The notes beneath the pieces are model-generated. The model made no database searches and was not told where the DNA came from. It was given only the letters and a program-made list of their open reading frames with translations. Shown here piece after piece: positions 38,387-47,329 of a DNA stretch of 64,000 nt. The DNA is taken from contig CANKWU010000001.1 in NCBI GenBank assembly GCA_947487385.1, positions 203,421-267,420 on the forward strand, in the 5' to 3' direction. Each line of letters starts with the position of its first letter. Positions within the stretch are counted from its first letter, which is position 1. A program made the translations under genes and the position numbers. Source of the DNA: Spartobacteria bacterium. Its GTDB lineage: Bacteria; Verrucomicrobiota; Verrucomicrobiia; Chthoniobacterales; UBA6821.

Positions 38387-39013
38387 TTAGTGCCTTGTTG
38401 AGTGAGGCTGTGAATCGCGTCGGGGGTCATTTCGGAAGGATTCGGCATTGAGTGAAACCAAGACGGTTGACTCGTGCTCATAACCCAGGATGTTGATCAT
38501 GCCGGTCTGGAGAACAAAATGACGGCCCTCGATGGGTGGTAGTTCCAGCCATCGTGCGATCAGGACACGCAGGACATGACCATGGGCGAAGAGGACGACA
38601 TCATCTCCGATTGCCTTGGCACGGGTGATGACCCGATCGCAGCGCTCGGCAACCTGTGCGGCGGTGTCGCCGTTAGGGGTCGGGTGGGTGAAGACGGTCC
38701 AGTTCGGATCCTTGACCCGGATTTCCTTGGTAGTGATCCCCTCGTAGTCCCCGTAATGCCATTCGGTAAGGTCATCGGTGATTTCTGCCTTGTCGAGCAG
38801 GCCAGACAGTTCGCAGGTTCGCCGCGCCCTCTTGTATGGACTGCAGAGAACCAGCTTGAAGTCCCAGTTGGAAAGCTTCTGTTTGAGCGCAGCAGCTTGG
38901 CGTTCACCTTCCAATGTCAGAGGAATTTCGCTGTAAGAGGTGTGTCTACCGTTTTTGCTCCATTCGGTTTCACCATGGCGGACAAGAACGATCTGGGGGC
39001 CTGAAGAGCGCAT
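38387..39013 (-). CDS. Histidine phosphatase family protein
   Basis: LVRHGETEWS, EWHYGDYEG, FAHGHVLR. Confidence 0.92.
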   Translation of the reverse strand: MRSSGPQIVLVRHGETEWSKNGRHTSYSEIPLTLEGERQAAALKQKLSNWDFKLVLCSPYKRARRTCELSGLLDKAEITDDLTEWHYGDYEGITTKEIRVKDPNWTVFTHPTPNGDTAAQVAERCDRVITRAKAIGDDVVLFAHGHVLRVLIARWLELPPIEGRHFVLQTGMINILGYEHESTVLVSLNAESFRNDPRRDSQPHSTRH

Positions 39014-39057
39014 GATGAGGAAGTGGTGATGGTTGAGTTACGAATGATGAATCTGGA

Positions 39058-39088
39058 AGATGGGATTTAATCATTAAAAATCCCATCT
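39058..39088. other. 11-bp perfect inverted repeat in the bioD-phosphatase spacer
   Basis: AGATGGGATTT-N9-AAATCCCATCT. Confidence 0.7.
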
Positions 39089-39162
39089 CGGAAGTGTGAG
39101 AGTGATCGCAAAGCGTATTCAAAAATAACTGAACTTCATCCTTCGTCATGAAGCCTTGTACC

Positions 39163-39789
39163 CTAAGCCACAGCGATTTTGAGATCGCTCTGGCCAGGGG
39201 AGATCTCGAAGAGGATGGGAATATTTGTAAGCTTTGATAAGAGTCGTCTGTTTCCATCTGCGGCCAGATCTCCGACATCTTCGGGGTGATTGTTCAGCAC
39301 AATTCCCTCGCAAGTCAGTCCATGTGCAGCGATCGACTCAAGGGTGAGTAGGGTATGATTCAGGGCACCAAGTCGGTTGCGAACCACAAGTAGCACGGGG
39401 AAACCGATGGCTTTGGCGAGATCTGCCGTCGAGTAATCCTGCGCCAGGGGAACCAGCCAGCCTCCCACACCCTCCACAAGGAGAGAGCGGTGGGTGCGAT
39501 GCAATCGCTCGATAATGGGCAGGACTTCCGAGGAATCAAATGAGCGTCCTTCCAGTCGTGCAGCCTCGATAGGGGCAAGTGGGGCAGCGTAGGCCACGGG
39601 AGTGACCTCGTCCATGGAGAGCTCGTTGTCGGCGGCTGCCCGGAGCCTCCTGCTATCCTCGGGTTCACCACAGGAGATCGGCTTCATGGCTACGGTATCG
39701 AATCCAGCCTTGCGGAGGCTTCGCGTCAGGAGCTCGGTTACAAACGTCTTACCGGCATTGGTGTCAATGCCGGTAATAAATAAGTTCAT
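39163..39789 (-). CDS. bioD: Dethiobiotin synthase
   Basis: FITGIDTNAGKT, MKPISCG, LVEGVGGW, LGALNHTLLT. Confidence 0.95.
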   Translation of the reverse strand: MNLFITGIDTNAGKTFVTELLTRSLRKAGFDTVAMKPISCGEPEDSRRLRAAADNELSMDEVTPVAYAAPLAPIEAARLEGRSFDSSEVLPIIERLHRTHRSLLVEGVGGWLVPLAQDYSTADLAKAIGFPVLLVVRNRLGALNHTLLTLESIAAHGLTCEGIVLNNHPEDVGDLAADGNRRLLSKLTNIPILFEISPGQSDLKIAVA

Positions 39790-39798
39790 TGGGGTAAT

Positions 39799-39834
39799 GG
39801 CTGAAGGCTGAAGACTCTTAGGCTGAAGGCCTAG
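39799..39834. repeat. 7-nt-period tandem array (GGCTGAA / TTCAGCC)
   Basis: ggctgaa-ggctgaa-gactctt-a-ggctgaa-ggcctag directly upstream of bioD. Confidence 0.8.
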
Positions 39835-39865
39835 GATAAGAACCCCATGAAAGGATTGAAGTTTG

Positions 39866-39979
39866 GCTACAAGATGAACAACAAGAAGAGGTCATAAAAA
39901 AGTATTAGAAGTGATTCTTTGCGGTAAATAGATGTTCGATTGCAATCTCCGATTTCGTGTTTTTTGTGCCTTCTATGGC
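39866..39979. repeat. Inverted-arm cassette with about 9-nt period (GCCAYA..GCACA family), MITE-like
   Basis: Left arm GCTACAAGATGAACAACAAGAAG; the right arm reverse-complements to GCCATAGAAGGCACAAAAAACACGAAA. Confidence 0.55.
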
Positions 39980-40015
39980 ATCCCAGTTAAAGAAATTGTT
40001 CTAGTCCAAAAGCCT

Positions 40016-40897
40016 TTAGTCTAAACCGCCTGGCACCTTCGTCTCCTCCGTCGCTTTTAGAAAAACGGTCTCAAGATCCATTTGTGGCTGGCGATAGGAG
40101 ATGAGTCGGGCTCCCTTGGAGGCCGCAAGTCGGGCGATCTCCTCCTGAAGTTCCGGTGAGGAGTTTTCAATCACATATTCCGTCTGCCCACTGACACCTG
40201 TGAGGATATCGAGCGATCCCTCTCGGACGAGGCGCCCCTTGGCCAGGATGCCGACGCGGTCGCATACCTCCTGCACTTGCTCCAGCAGATGGGAGGTTAG
40301 CAGGATCGTCTTGCCGCGTGCTTTAAGCTGAAGGATCAAATCCCGGATTTGGCGTGATCCAGCCGGATCAACCCCTGCGGTGGGTTCGTCCAGGATGAGA
40401 AGGCGAGGATCATGAACCATGGCCTGAGCGAGGCCGATACGTTGGAGCATTCCCTTCGAATAGCTCCCGACGCGTCTGTCTCCCGCCTCGGTTAGTCCGA
40501 CGAGGTCGAGGAGTTCTGTGACGCGAGCCTTGAGTGTTTTCCCGAAGAGTCCGCAGAGTTTTCCGTAAAAGGCGATGGTTTCAGCGCCGGTGAGAAATTT
40601 GTAAAAGTAGGGATTTTCAGGCAGAAACCCGACATCCACCCGACTGATAACACGCGAACTCGGCACACCGAAGATTTCAGACGCGCCCGAAGTGGCTGTG
40701 ACCAGACCGAGCAAGATCTTCAGCGTGGTGCTTTTGCCCGATCCGTTTGGACCGAGAAGTCCATAGACACTGGCTGCGGAAATCTCAAGGGAAAGACCTC
40801 TCAGAGCAACCACCTGCCGACGACGCAGGGGAACAGGAAAGACTTTTTCGAGTTCACGGATCCTGACTGCTGGAATCTGTTCGGGAGTCGTTTCCAT
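40016..40897 (-). CDS. ABC transporter ATP-binding protein (ABC-2/DrrA-like)
   Basis: Walker A GPNGSGKST, signature YSKGM, Walker B LLILDEP, H-loop TSH. ATG 40897 preferred. Confidence 0.92.
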   Translation of the reverse strand: METTPEQIPAVRIRELEKVFPVPLRRRQVVALRGLSLEISAASVYGLLGPNGSGKSTTLKILLGLVTATSGASEIFGVPSSRVISRVDVGFLPENPYFYKFLTGAETIAFYGKLCGLFGKTLKARVTELLDLVGLTEAGDRRVGSYSKGMLQRIGLAQAMVHDPRLLILDEPTAGVDPAGSRQIRDLILQLKARGKTILLTSHLLEQVQEVCDRVGILAKGRLVREGSLDILTGVSGQTEYVIENSSPELQEEIARLAASKGARLISYRQPQMDLETVFLKATEETKVPGGLD

Positions 40898-40907
40898 AGT
40901 ATTTTTG

Positions 40908-41180
40908 TTAAGGAATGATACGGAATCCTTTGAGTTCCGCACTCAGTTTGACGGGGAGGACGGATTCAGTCTCGATATGACCAGCTAAATGGCTCTCGCG
41001 AATTCCCTGAAGGAATTCCTCCACCTCGGTTTTCTCCCCGGTAGCCAGAAGTTCGACGCGACCTTCGGGAAGGTTCTTAACCCATCCAGTCACCTCATAT
41101 CCCTTGGCGAGTGAGAGAACAGAAGCGCGGAAACCCACTCCCTGGACCTTTCCCTCATAGCAGACGCTAACAGTAATCAT
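40908..41180 (-). CDS. acyP: Acylphosphatase
   Basis: GKVQGVGFR, TGWVKNLPEGRVE. Confidence 0.95.
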   Translation of the reverse strand: MITVSVCYEGKVQGVGFRASVLSLAKGYEVTGWVKNLPEGRVELLATGEKTEVEEFLQGIRESHLAGHIETESVLPVKLSAELKGFRIIP

Positions 41181-41190
41181 TGAGTGAAGA

Positions 41191-42477
41191 TCAGCGAACC
41201 TGTCCCGAACCTAGGATGAGATACTTGTAACTGGTGAGCTCTTCCAGGCCCATTGGGCCGCGAGCATGAAGCTTGTCGGTACTTATTCCGATCTCGCAAC
41301 CGAATCCGAACTCCCCGCCGTCGGTAAAGCGGGTGGAGGCATTCCAGTAGACCGTGGCGCTATCGACACCCTTCAGGAATTTCTCTGCCGTCTCGGCATC
41401 AGCCGTAATGATGGCATCGCTGTGGTGAGATCCGTGAGACTCGATATGGGCTATCGCTTCCTCCACGGAATCGATGACCTTCACCGCAAGGATCAGTGCA
41501 AGGAACTCGGTGCGGTAGTCGAGCTCGGTAGCTTCTTTTAGAAGATTGGGGTGAGCAACTTTTAAAGACTCGGGTATCAAGGTGAAGGAGACTTCATCGC
41601 AGCGTAGTTCCACTCCCCGCTCAAGGAGTGATTTGCCAGCCTCGGAGAGGAAAGTGGTGGCGATGTCCCGGTGCAGGAGGAGGGTTTCGGCGGCATTGCA
41701 AACGCCGGGACGCTGGCACTTGGCGTTTACGATGATTTCGCGAGCCATAAGCAGATCGGCGGCCTTGTCGACATAGACTGCGCAGATGCCGTCATAGTGC
41801 TTGATCACGGGCATGCGGGCATGCCGGGAGACGGTCTCGATCAATCCCTTGCCACCCCTCGGGATCATGCAGTCGAGGTGCTGGTCCATCTGGCAGAGGA
41901 TGCGGACAGCCTCGCGGTCAGTGACCTGCACAAGCTGAATGGAAGCATCGGGGAGTCCGGCCTGAGACGCACCCGCCTGAAGTGCCAAGGCGATTGCCTT
42001 GTTCGAGTGGATTGCTTCGCTACCTCCGCGCAAGATGACGGCATTGCCAGCCTTCAGGCAGAGCACGGCAGCATCACTCGTCACATTGGGACGGGACTCA
42101 TAGATGATCCCGATGACGCCGATGGGGACACTGATCTTCTGAAAAGTCAGTCCGTTCTCCTTGGTCCATTGTTTTAAGACTCGACCGACAGAATCTGGCA
42201 GAGAGGCGGCAGTCCTGATTCCGGAGGCCATGGCCTCCAGGCGATTTTCATCCAGGCGAAGCCTGTCGAGCTGCGCGTCTGATAGGTCGTTCTTTTTCCC
42301 AGCCTCTAAATCGTGAGCATTGGCTTTCAGAATCGAACTCTGCTGCTTCAGAAGGCTTTTGGCCATGGCAAGGAGTCCCGCATTTTTAGCTTCTGTTGAG
42401 GTGACTGCCAGGATGCGGGCGGCAGAGCGCGCTGCGGTTCCGATCGCGTGGAGTTGTTCTGTCAGGTTATCAGCCAT
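41191..42477 (-). CDS. proA: Gamma-glutamyl phosphate reductase
   Basis: VPIGVIGIIYESRPNVT, LRGGSEA, CNAAETLL, HGSHHSDAIIT, NASTRFTDG, KLHARGPMGL. ATG 42477 preferred. Confidence 0.97.
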   Translation of the reverse strand: MADNLTEQLHAIGTAARSAARILAVTSTEAKNAGLLAMAKSLLKQQSSILKANAHDLEAGKKNDLSDAQLDRLRLDENRLEAMASGIRTAASLPDSVGRVLKQWTKENGLTFQKISVPIGVIGIIYESRPNVTSDAAVLCLKAGNAVILRGGSEAIHSNKAIALALQAGASQAGLPDASIQLVQVTDREAVRILCQMDQHLDCMIPRGGKGLIETVSRHARMPVIKHYDGICAVYVDKAADLLMAREIIVNAKCQRPGVCNAAETLLLHRDIATTFLSEAGKSLLERGVELRCDEVSFTLIPESLKVAHPNLLKEATELDYRTEFLALILAVKVIDSVEEAIAHIESHGSHHSDAIITADAETAEKFLKGVDSATVYWNASTRFTDGGEFGFGCEIGISTDKLHARGPMGLEELTSYKYLILGSGQVR

Positions 42478-42591
42478 GAGTCCTACTTTTCTAATCGAGC
42501 CTGAGGAAAACGGCAATCGCTGTGATAAAAGCCATGGATAATCAACCAATGGTTGTTTCTAGAAAGCTTTAAAAGAGTTAACTCCTTAGCC

Positions 42592-44271
42592 ATGACTATC
42601 AAAAAATCCCCTTCAAATTCTTATGATCTTTACGACCCTTACGCCTCTCAACTCCGCATTCTGGGTGAACGCTACATCAAGAGGACCTGTTCCGACTTTC
42701 CTCAGTGGGGGAGCGGTCTGGGATTTTCAAAGTATGAGTCTCAGCTTGCCGGTAGTGATTTGAAGACTCGATTGGCCAGAATCAGCTTCCTAGAAAATCT
42801 CCTTTCCGAAACGGAGAAGCTTCCCGCAGGTGGGCTAGCCAAGGATGACTGGCTCGACCGGCGCTGCTTCCTCTCGCTCTTGCGGACCGAATTGCTGCAG
42901 ACCAAGGATCTCGAACGCTATCGGACGAATCCCCAAGAGTGCTGCGATAGCGCCGTCGGGGCGGTCCTCGAGCTCATCATCAGGCATTCGGAGAACCTCA
43001 TGAAGGCGCGTCCTGCGATCGAGTCAAGGCTTGCAACCATCCCGGCTTTTCTCAAAGCCGGGGCTGCTGCCATTAGAAATCCCGTTCCGCTCTGGACCAA
43101 GCTTGCCGTTCAGTCGTGCAAGGGGGCCGAGGAGTTCGTGACCTCCATTGGAAAGACGCTTGCGGAACACTCACCTGATCCCACGGCAACTCTGCGAACT
43201 TCCAGTGTCGCTGCCAAGGCCTTTGCCAAGTATGCGAAGGCGATCGTCGCCAAGAAGCCGGGTAAGCCGGGAGACTTTGCCATCGGACGCGAACGATTCG
43301 AGTATCTCGTTCGCGAGAAGACAGGGCTCGACTGGAGCCTTGGGGAAATCGAGGCCGAAGGTCATCGCCAGATTCAGGAACTCTCTGGGGAGTTGGAGAA
43401 TGAAGCTCTAAATCTAGCCAAGCAATCTGGAGACAAGGGGAAGAAAACCGCCAAGCAGATTCTGGAAGCCGCCCGGGATTCCTGGATCCCCGGAGCCCCG
43501 CTTTTGGAACTTTATACAAGTTCCTCCAAGGAGTGGCGCCAAAGGGTTGTGAAGAGTGGTCTCTATACGGTACCTCTCGACGAGACGCTGACGGTAAACC
43601 CTGTTCCTGACTTCATGAGAGAACATTTCCCGACGGCCGCCTACGGCGCACCAGGTCCTTTCGAGAAACAACAGCGCGGTATTTTCTGGGTGAATGACCT
43701 TGGGATGAAAAAAAAGAATCCCAACGAGAAACTTCGTGAGGAGCGACAACACTTTGGCCTTGAGATGACAAGTGCCCACGAGGGGTATCCGGGCCATCAT
43801 CTGCAGTTTGCTATCCAGAACCGTCATCCGAGCTCTATCCGCAGAATCTGCTCCCATGCGATCTTCTATGAAGGATGGACAATGTGGTGTGAAATGCTGG
43901 CAGTTGAGAAACGATGGGTGAGGGGTCCTTATGCTCATCTTGCAAGACTCCAGCAGCTTCATGACGCCCTCTGGCGAGCCTACCGCATCGTCATCGACTG
44001 TGGCCTCCAGTCAGGAAAGCTGACGCATGAGGCGGCCGCCCAGATCTTGGTCAAGGGAGTTGGATTCACGCCCGCACGAGCCCGCGCCGATGTAAATTGG
44101 TACACCGCTCAACCAACTGTTCCGATGAGCTATCTTCTGGGACGACTCGAACTCGAGCGGATCAAGAAAGCCCGGGTTGGGGAGAAAGGATGGTCGCTGC
44201 GGAAGTTCCATGACTGGGCACTCTCCCACGGAGCGATTCCCTGGAGCTGGATCGAAAGGGCCGAGCGATAG
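42592..44271 (+). CDS. DUF885 family protein (putative metallopeptidase fold)
   Basis: AHEGYPGHHLQ, FYEGW, LWRAYRIVID.GL, YTAQPTVPMSYLLG; no signal peptide visible. Confidence 0.85.
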   Translation: MTIKKSPSNSYDLYDPYASQLRILGERYIKRTCSDFPQWGSGLGFSKYESQLAGSDLKTRLARISFLENLLSETEKLPAGGLAKDDWLDRRCFLSLLRTELLQTKDLERYRTNPQECCDSAVGAVLELIIRHSENLMKARPAIESRLATIPAFLKAGAAAIRNPVPLWTKLAVQSCKGAEEFVTSIGKTLAEHSPDPTATLRTSSVAAKAFAKYAKAIVAKKPGKPGDFAIGRERFEYLVREKTGLDWSLGEIEAEGHRQIQELSGELENEALNLAKQSGDKGKKTAKQILEAARDSWIPGAPLLELYTSSSKEWRQRVVKSGLYTVPLDETLTVNPVPDFMREHFPTAAYGAPGPFEKQQRGIFWVNDLGMKKKNPNEKLREERQHFGLEMTSAHEGYPGHHLQFAIQNRHPSSIRRICSHAIFYEGWTMWCEMLAVEKRWVRGPYAHLARLQQLHDALWRAYRIVIDCGLQSGKLTHEAAAQILVKGVGFTPARARADVNWYTAQPTVPMSYLLGRLELERIKKARVGEKGWSLRKFHDWALSHGAIPWSWIERAER

Positions 44272-44531
44272 AATTGCTTGCCAAATGACTGCTATGAACG
44301 ACACCGTCAAGAAGTCGAAATGATGTGGTGAGTCTCTTTATCCGTGAATGGCCTGATATATGCCGTCTCTTGGAGTCGTCTGATTTAGTCGAGGTTTTCC
44401 TTGATCGTATCGAGGGCATTACTTTCTCATGGTAGTTCGAGCGACTCGTGGTCAGTCAACACATGGGGAGCCGTCAGGCTGCTGGAGTCGAACGGCGATG
44501 TTTTGGATAAAATATAAAAAAAACCTAAAAC

Positions 44532-45851
44532 ATGAAGTGGATTACAAGTCAAATTGGAGCGAGGGAGCATTTTGCCATACCGAGAGTCTTGTATGCGTCG
44601 GGTAAGCTGGAGCGGCTTTACACCGACTTCTGGGCAACGGCACCTTGGAGGCTGATCGGAAAGCTGAGTGGAAATAGCGGTTTGGCGACAAGATGCCACG
44701 CTGATCTCGTAGGGGCCTCGGTCACGGGATTCAATTTCCATGCCTTGAAGTCCTTCCGCCAGCGGTTCGCTAATCCATATGATGGCTTCCTTCAAGTCGG
44801 CGAGGCCTTTGGTCGGGATGTCGTTAAAGACCTTGAGGCTGGGTCTTTCTTTCATTCCTCAGCCTTCAGCCTTCAGCCTTCAGTCTCTAGCCATTCTTGC
44901 CCCCCCTCCATCACCCATCACCTATCACCCATGACCAAAATCTTTTTTGGCTACGACACGGGTTTCCTTGAGCCCGCCCGATGGGTTAAGGCACAGGGAG
45001 GGAAGACGATCGTCTGCCAGATGGATCCGGCCCGCTATGAGGTTGATCTGGTGAAGGAGGAGGAGAAGCGCTGGCCTGGCTGGGCTAAGCGATCAGTCGA
45101 GGTTCCTGAGGCCTACTTCCAGCGTCGTGAAGCTGAGTGGACTGTTGCCGATCTCGTGATGGTAAATTCGGATTGGAGCAAGCAGGGGCTGATCCGCCAA
45201 GGGGTGAAAGAGGAAAAGATCGTTGTGGTGCCGTTGGCTTATGAAGTCACCCAGGACGAGGGAGGGGGGACGAGAGACGAGGGCTATGGGAATGCAGAAA
45301 AAAGCTCTCGACGCTCGACGTTTGACTCCCGACGCCCTTTACGAATTTTGTTTTTGGGGCAGGTCATCCTCCGCAAAGGAATCCAATATTTGATTGAAGC
45401 GGCAAGGATGCTTGAGGAGGAGTCGGTTCATTTCGATGTGGTAGGACCGATCGGGATTGCTGATGAGGGGGTGAAGTCTTCCCCTAAGAATATGACTTTT
45501 CATGGACCGGTTAGCCGTGATCGGACGGAGGAGTTTTACCGCACGGCTGATCTCTTCGTCCTACCGACTGTTTCTGATGGATTTGCACTCACTCAACTTG
45601 AAGCAATGGCTCATCGGTTGCCCGTGATCGCCACGCCAAATTGCGGTGAAGTTGTGACAGATGGAGTGGATGGATTGATCGTTCCGGCCTGTGACCCCAT
45701 GGCGCTTGCTGAGGCATTCCAGTTGCTGATTCAGGATCCTGAGAAACTCCGTGCCATGAATGAAGCAACTAAAGCAAAGGTTCAGAAATTCAGCCTGGCA
45801 AGGCTAGGTGAGAATCTCACTGCTTTGGAGCAGTATTTTCTTTCAATCTAG
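44532..45851 (+). CDS. Glycosyltransferase family 4 with two repeat-derived in-frame insertions
   Basis: LRILFLGQVILRKG, ADLFVLPTVSDGFALTQLEAMA..LPVIAT. Confidence 0.9.
   Translation: MKWITSQIGAREHFAIPRVLYASGKLERLYTDFWATAPWRLIGKLSGNSGLATRCHADLVGASVTGFNFHALKSFRQRFANPYDGFLQVGEAFGRDVVKDLEAGSFFHSSAFSLQPSVSSHSCPPSITHHLSPMTKIFFGYDTGFLEPARWVKAQGGKTIVCQMDPARYEVDLVKEEEKRWPGWAKRSVEVPEAYFQRREAEWTVADLVMVNSDWSKQGLIRQGVKEEKIVVVPLAYEVTQDEGGGTRDEGYGNAEKSSRRSTFDSRRPLRILFLGQVILRKGIQYLIEAARMLEEESVHFDVVGPIGIADEGVKSSPKNMTFHGPVSRDRTEEFYRTADLFVLPTVSDGFALTQLEAMAHRLPVIATPNCGEVVTDGVDGLIVPACDPMALAEAFQLLIQDPEKLRAMNEATKAKVQKFSLARLGENLTALEQYFLSI
44852..44935 (+). repeat. Twelve in-register heptamer units (84 nt) inside the GT4 CDS
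   Basis: tcattcc-(tcagcct)x3-tcagtct-ctagcca-ttcttgc-cccccct-ccatcac-ccatcac-ctatcac-ccatgac. Confidence 0.8.
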
Positions 45852-45878
45852 AGCCCTCGACTCTCGACTATCCCTATC

Positions 45879-45995
45879 ATGACTAGAATCGGCATCCCAT
45901 TCGATAGCTTCGGGACCTATCATTTCGAGCGTCTAAATGTGTCCTTTCGAGTTAGCGATTTTGCAGAATCGTTTTATTATCTTAATGGAGGTTAA
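45879..45995 (+). pseudogene. 5' stub of a GT4 glycosyltransferase gene
   Basis: 38-codon ORF MTRIGIPFDSFGTYHFERLN... aligns by eye with the N-terminus of the downstream GT4 (ITTAIVFWRLGPYHHARMN), then diverges and stops (TAA 45993-45995). Confidence 0.55.
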
Positions 45996-46000
45996 ACGAT

Positions 46001-47329
46001 ATGAATCTGCAAAAATATTTTAATAAAACTCGGCAAGAATACCAAGAAGCCTATGACATGCTTGCATTCTACCTTGCAGATGAAGGACAAGACTCGGCAG
46101 AATACCAACTGCAGTCATTTGCTGAAATTTGGGAGGATGCGGTTACTGACATTCCTTACTACAAGAAGCTTGTCTCAACTAGGAAAGCCCCTAGAAAAAT
46201 TAAATCCTGGGATGATTTCAAAGAAATTCCTGAACTCACAAGAGATATTGTTCATAATAACAGGGCTGAATTGATTCGGTATAAATCCAAGCCCCCTTTG
46301 CTCCGAATGACTGGTGGGTCCACTGGCAATCCTATGCAATTCGGTGTTTCCAGAGAGGAGGGTAGGCGGATTCGATTGTTAAAACTGATTCTCTGGATTC
46401 GGGCCGGATATAAGATAGATTCCAATATTTTTCTTCTATGGGGACATACTCATCTGCTTGGCAATGGAATCCGCAAATATAGGAATATGTTAGTTCGAGG
46501 CGTTAAGGATATCCTTCTAGGATATACTCGTGTTGATGCCCATCATCTTGGCATTGAAACCTGCAGGAAATATGCGCAAAAACTACTATCATCCAAGGCC
46601 AATGCAGTAATCGGATATACAGCTGCGATTGACCAGTTCACTAGATCAATTCCTGAATTTCGTGAGCGTATTCGAGAATTGAACTTAACGTTTGTTATGA
46701 CCTGTTCAGAGATGGCTCCAAGGGAAGATACTTACTCCATCTTAAGCGATTATTTTGGATGTCCGATAATCCAAGAGTATGGTGGAGTGGATCTTGGTCA
46801 AATCGCTATGAAATATCACGATGAACCTTTCAAGGTCTTCCATCGGGAAAATATCGTGGAGTCTCTGGATGCAGAGGCGGAAAAAGAAAGCTCACCTGTC
46901 CTTGTAACAACAACATACAAAAGATACTTTCCCCTGATCAGATATCGTGCAGGAGATCTTTTGCAGGGATGCAAACTCAACACCCAGGGTAATGTCATTT
47001 CGTTTAAGAGTCTTAGTGGGAGAGAAAATGATGTTGTGACACTTCCGAACGGAGAAATTCTACATAGCCTTAGTTTTCTTCATTGTATCAGGGAGGAAAA
47101 AGAGGTGCATCAAGTGCAACTTATTCTCGAAGATCATGGAATGGAAATATTGCTGGTCGTTTCAATGTCCTATTCAGAAGAGGTGGAAAAGCGGATTCGA
47201 GTCCGCCTTTTAAAGCTTTCAAGCAGTCTCACTAATTTCAGTATTCGGACGACAAACGATCTCTCTACTACTATAGCAGGAAAGAGATCGTGGGTGATTG
47301 ACCGGAGGAAGAGGAATGCTGGTGCGTGA
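46001..47329 (+). CDS. Phenylacetate-CoA-ligase-like adenylate-forming enzyme (CapK-like)
   Basis: IPYYK, MTGGSTGNP (P-loop), QEYGGVDLG, FPLIRYRAGD, GRENDVV; AT-rich (24/60 GC at 46021-46080). Confidence 0.85.
   Translation: MNLQKYFNKTRQEYQEAYDMLAFYLADEGQDSAEYQLQSFAEIWEDAVTDIPYYKKLVSTRKAPRKIKSWDDFKEIPELTRDIVHNNRAELIRYKSKPPLLRMTGGSTGNPMQFGVSREEGRRIRLLKLILWIRAGYKIDSNIFLLWGHTHLLGNGIRKYRNMLVRGVKDILLGYTRVDAHHLGIETCRKYAQKLLSSKANAVIGYTAAIDQFTRSIPEFRERIRELNLTFVMTCSEMAPREDTYSILSDYFGCPIIQEYGGVDLGQIAMKYHDEPFKVFHRENIVESLDAEAEKESSPVLVTTTYKRYFPLIRYRAGDLLQGCKLNTQGNVISFKSLSGRENDVVTLPNGEILHSLSFLHCIREEKEVHQVQLILEDHGMEILLVVSMSYSEEVEKRIRVRLLKLSSSLTNFSIRTTNDLSTTIAGKRSWVIDRRKRNAGA

Noticed and set aside
39014-39150. 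Small minus-strand ORF MTKDEVQLFLNTLCD.. between bioD and the phosphatase
   Set aside because: Runs through an 11-bp inverted repeat into the next gene out of frame; no motif support.
44280-44530. Possible gene remnant between DUF885 and the first GT4
   Set aside because: Short open stretches (e.g. VSLFIREWPDICRLLESSDLVEVFLDRIEG) look protein-like, but I could not assign a family; BLASTX is needed.
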